From Steroidobacteraceae bacterium (GTDB taxonomy: Bacteria; Pseudomonadota; Gammaproteobacteria; Steroidobacterales; Steroidobacteraceae): a DNA stretch of 64,000 nucleotides. The translations under genes and the position numbers were made by a program. The notes below the pieces were generated by a model that worked only from the letters and a program-made list of their open reading frames with translations, did not search any database and was not told the origin of the DNA. The stretch is from positions 800 through 64,799 of the forward strand of contig DATNFA010000119.1 of assembly GCA_035606615.1 (NCBI GenBank). Reading direction: 5' to 3'. Shown one piece after another: positions 60,821-64,000 of this stretch (position 1 is its first letter; each line of letters starts with the position of its first letter).

Positions 60821-60844
60821 AGAGTCAGGCTGAAGCCTGACTCT
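60821..60844. repeat. REP-like palindrome AGAGTCAGGCT-GA-AGCCTGACTCT
   Basis: Perfect 11-bp stem immediately after the EAL gene stop; may also act in termination. Confidence 0.78.
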
Positions 60845-60899
60845 GCTTTCACAAAAGCGGCGTATCATCGGGACACCCCGCTGTCACGAGACCTCGCCC

Positions 60900-61388
60900 A
60901 TGACGGAATTGTCGCTCACGGTCAACGGCCGGCGCTGCACTGTGCACGTCGACGCGGCGACCACACTCGTTGAAGTTCTGCGCGACGAGCTCGGCCTCAC
61001 GGGCACGAAGATCGGCTGCGACCGCGGTGCGTGCTCGGCGTGCACCGTCTGGCTCGACGGCGAAGTCGTCGCCAGCTGCATGACATTCGCCTTCGATGCA
61101 CGTGACAAGCAGGTCACGACGATCGAAGGACTTGCGAACGGCGAGCACCTTCATCCAGTGCAGCAGGCGTTCGTCGAGCACGATGCCATGCAGTGCGGGT
61201 TCTGCACGCCGGGCATGGTGATGAGTTGCGCGCATCTCGTGGAACGCAATCCCGACTGCACGCTCGATGACGTGCGCGGCGCAGTCAGCGGGCATCTGTG
61301 CCGCTGCGGCGCGTATCCGAACATCTTCAAGGCAACGCTGGCGGCGGCAGCGACGCTACGCCAGCGCAAAGACGGAGGCGACACATGA
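60900..61388 (+). CDS. (2Fe-2S)-binding small subunit of a xanthine dehydrogenase/aldehyde oxidoreductase-family enzyme
   Basis: GTKIGCDRGACSACTV, QCGFCTPG, HLCRCGAY. Confidence 0.95.
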   Translation: MTELSLTVNGRRCTVHVDAATTLVEVLRDELGLTGTKIGCDRGACSACTVWLDGEVVASCMTFAFDARDKQVTTIEGLANGEHLHPVQQAFVEHDAMQCGFCTPGMVMSCAHLVERNPDCTLDDVRGAVSGHLCRCGAYPNIFKATLAAAATLRQRKDGGDT

Positions 61389-63799
61389 GCGCTCCGGGCG
61401 AACGCCACAGCCGCACTGTTCTGACAGGCATCGTCGGCGACACGCTGCAACCCATTGCGCGCGACATTCCAATCGACGAGCCACCAGAGTTACCACCGAA
61501 CTCCGAGCTGCGCGTCATTGGCAAGCGCGTCAATCGTGTCGATGCCGTGCCGAAAGTGACCGGCCAGGCGCGTTACACGTTCGACGTGCGCCTCCCCGGC
61601 ATGCTGTACGCACGCATCGTCAGCAGCACCGTGCCGCACGCTCGGATCAAATCGATCGACACGTCCGCGGCCGAAGCCTATCCCGGCGTCAAGGCTGTGC
61701 ACATTGCCGATCGAGTGCTGTCGATCGCTCAGCTGCGCGATCCCAGCGTGGAAGCGAACGAGCGCTATCCGCTCGTGCGCTACAACGGTCAACCAATCGC
61801 TGCCGTGGCCGCGGTGAGCATGCGCGCAGCGAAGGCAGCCGCGAGGCTCGTGCGCATCGAATATGAGCGACTGCCGCACGTCACGGCGCTCGAAGCGGCG
61901 ATGCGCGACGACGCACCGGTCGTCTTCCCAGGACCGACGGAGCAAGCAGCGACCGCGGGCGGCGGCGGTGCCGCTCCGAACCTGCCGCAGAAAGGCAATC
62001 TGCGCGGACCGGCTCGTGGCGGCCTCGGCGGCGGTGGGCGCGGCGACGTGCAGCAAGGCTTCGCGCAAGCCGATTGCATCGTCGCGCGCGACTATCGCAC
62101 GCAGGTGCAAACCCATACGCCGATGGAAACTCACGGCCTCGTTGCGGATTGGCGCGACGAGGAGCTCACGCTCTATGCCTCGACGCAGTTCACGCTGAGC
62201 GTGCGCGACGAGGCGGCCGATGTGTTCGGGCTGCCGAAGGAAAAGATCCGCGTGATCAGCGAATACACCGGTGGCGGCTTTGGTGCGAAGTTCGGCATCG
62301 GCAACTACGGCGCGCTCGCGATTCATCTGTCGCGCAAAGCAGGCGCGCCAGTGCGCCTGATGCTCGACCGCCGCGAGGAGCATGTCAGCGTCGGCAATCG
62401 GCCGAGCAGTCTGCAGCGCGTCAAGCTGGGTGCGAAGCGCGACGGCACAGTGACGACGCTGCAAGTCGAGAGTTTCGGCACCGGTGGCGTGGCCGCCGGA
62501 GCTGGCGTCGGCTTTTGCCACACGGCGATGTATTCGATTCCGAACGTTGCCGTCGAGCACTACGACGTGTTCACCGATGCCGGCCCGTGCGCCGCGTTTC
62601 GCGCACCGGGGCAAGTCCAGGGAATCTTCGCGTTGGAACAGACGCTCGACGAGCTGGCGCACGAGCTCGGCCTGGACCCGCTCGCGGTTCGCGAGAAGAT
62701 CGACATGAATGACACCGACGACGCGCGCGCCCGCAAAGCCGAGCGGCGCATCGGCGCGGAGCGCGCCGGGTGGTCGCAGCGTCGGCCGCCTGGCACGGAC
62801 CAGGGTCCAGTGAAGCACGGCATGGGCGTGGCCCAATCCCAGTGGGCGTACATCGTTCATGGCACGACCACCTGCGAAGTCCGCATTCGCGGCGATGGGT
62901 CGGTCATTGCGCTTACCGGCGCGCAGGACATCGGCACCGGCACGCGCACGGTCATGGCGCAAACCGTGGCGGAAGAGCTGGGATTGCGTGCCGAGGACGT
63001 CGACACGCGCATCGGCGATTCGCGCTACCCCGCCGGTGCTGCCTCGGGCGGCAGCCGTGTCACGAGCTCCATCACTCCCGCGGCACGCAACGCTGCATAC
63101 CTCGCTGCTCGCGACCTCGCCGCTCGTGTCGCGCAGTCGCTCGGCGCGAAGCCGGACGAGATCGTCTTTCGAGACGGTCGCGTGTTCGCGCGCGGCCGTC
63201 CGGATAGCGGCAAGACATTCCTCGAAGCGGTGAAGCAGGCGAACTTCGACGAGATCGTACATCGCGCCGACCGGCGCGAAGACTACGACGGCTATCGGAT
63301 CAAGCTCGGCGACTTGCACATCAGCCGGCACGGCATCGGCGGCGTGCAGTTCGCGCAGATCGCGGTCGACACCGAAACCGGCGTCGTCAAAGTGGAGCGC
63401 ATCGTCGCGGTTCACGACTGCGGCCGGCCGATCAATCCGAAGCTGATCGAAAGCCAGATCTACGGCGGCGTGATCCAGGGCGTCAGCTACGCGCTGTACG
63501 AGGAGCGCCACCTCGATCCGGCGACCGGCGTACAGCTCAACGCCAACATCGATCAGTACAAGATCGTCGGGTCGCGCGAGACGCCGGCGATCGAAGTGCA
63601 TCTCATCGAGCAGCTGGGCCGCCAGTCTTCGACCGACGCGCGCGGCGTCGCCGAGCCGGCAAACGTCGCGACTGCGGCCGCGATCGCCAATGCCTTCTAC
63701 AACGCGACCGGCAAGCGGATCCGCACGCTGCCGATGACGCCAGCGAACGTGCTCGCCGCCCTGAGTGCCAAGGACCAGAGTGCCGGGGATCAGTCATGA
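61385..63799 (+). CDS. Molybdopterin-binding large subunit, xanthine dehydrogenase family (YagR/PaoC-like)
   Basis: RVDAVPKVTG, GGGFGAK, FRAPG, QDIGTG, SGGS, GGVIQG, RGVAE. Start trimmed to ATG 61385. Confidence 0.93.
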   Translation: MSAPGERHSRTVLTGIVGDTLQPIARDIPIDEPPELPPNSELRVIGKRVNRVDAVPKVTGQARYTFDVRLPGMLYARIVSSTVPHARIKSIDTSAAEAYPGVKAVHIADRVLSIAQLRDPSVEANERYPLVRYNGQPIAAVAAVSMRAAKAAARLVRIEYERLPHVTALEAAMRDDAPVVFPGPTEQAATAGGGGAAPNLPQKGNLRGPARGGLGGGGRGDVQQGFAQADCIVARDYRTQVQTHTPMETHGLVADWRDEELTLYASTQFTLSVRDEAADVFGLPKEKIRVISEYTGGGFGAKFGIGNYGALAIHLSRKAGAPVRLMLDRREEHVSVGNRPSSLQRVKLGAKRDGTVTTLQVESFGTGGVAAGAGVGFCHTAMYSIPNVAVEHYDVFTDAGPCAAFRAPGQVQGIFALEQTLDELAHELGLDPLAVREKIDMNDTDDARARKAERRIGAERAGWSQRRPPGTDQGPVKHGMGVAQSQWAYIVHGTTTCEVRIRGDGSVIALTGAQDIGTGTRTVMAQTVAEELGLRAEDVDTRIGDSRYPAGAASGGSRVTSSITPAARNAAYLAARDLAARVAQSLGAKPDEIVFRDGRVFARGRPDSGKTFLEAVKQANFDEIVHRADRREDYDGYRIKLGDLHISRHGIGGVQFAQIAVDTETGVVKVERIVAVHDCGRPINPKLIESQIYGGVIQGVSYALYEERHLDPATGVQLNANIDQYKIVGSRETPAIEVHLIEQLGRQSSTDARGVAEPANVATAAAIANAFYNATGKRIRTLPMTPANVLAALSAKDQSAGDQS

Positions 63800-64000
63800 A
63801 CAGCTTCCAGTGGATCGACGCCAAGTCGGTGGACGAAGCCGTGACGCTGTTGTCGGCGGATGAGCGCGGCAGCACGATCGCCAAAGCGGGCGGTATGGAT
63901 CTGCTCGATCTCATCAAGGAAGGCATCGTTGCGCCGGCGCGGATCGTGAATCTGCAACGCATCGATGCGCTGCGCGGCGTGCAACTCGACGATGCCAAAG
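63796..64000 (+). CDS. FAD-binding subunit, xanthine dehydrogenase family (3'-truncated by window edge)
   Basis: MNSFQWIDAKSVDEAV...KAGGMDLLDLIKEG...RIVNL; ATGA overlap with the large subunit. Confidence 0.85.
   Translation, partial: MNSFQWIDAKSVDEAVTLLSADERGSTIAKAGGMDLLDLIKEGIVAPARIVNLQRIDALRGVQLDDAK

Noticed and set aside
26384-60844. CRISPR array or IS-end interpretation of the recurrent palindromes
   Set aside because: The copies are isolated and kilobases apart, with no regular spacers, cas genes, transposase or target-site duplications; they fit REP elements better.

Overview
A high-GC, densely coding, core-genome segment of a Gammaproteobacterium. The synteny blocks petABC-sspAB, kdsD-kdsC-lptCAB-rpoN-hpf-rapZ, tkt-gap-pgk-pyk and pcm-rhodanese-tolC point to this class; a Steroidobacteraceae-like lineage is my inference. 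About 62 CDS cover polyphosphate metabolism (ppk1, ppx), the bc1 complex, LPS transport, glycolysis, PPi-linked metabolism (PPi-type pfk, hppA), two c-di-GMP enzymes, CpdA and the start of a molybdo-flavoenzyme operon. I found no rRNA, tRNA, CRISPR array, integrase or transposase. The one accessory-looking block (about 40.0-48.1 kb) is a surface-glycan locus with four glycosyltransferases, a SAM methyltransferase and a Wzi-family outer-membrane protein with an apparent second C-terminal beta-barrel. One of the glycosyltransferases carries the full motif set of animal beta-1,4-galactosyltransferases (GT7). Other notable items are an adenylate kinase with a 64-aa histone-H1-like basic tail, a REP-like palindrome family with compensatory stem changes, and several conserved operons missing their usual members. 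All assignments come from motif recognition and synteny; no database search was run.
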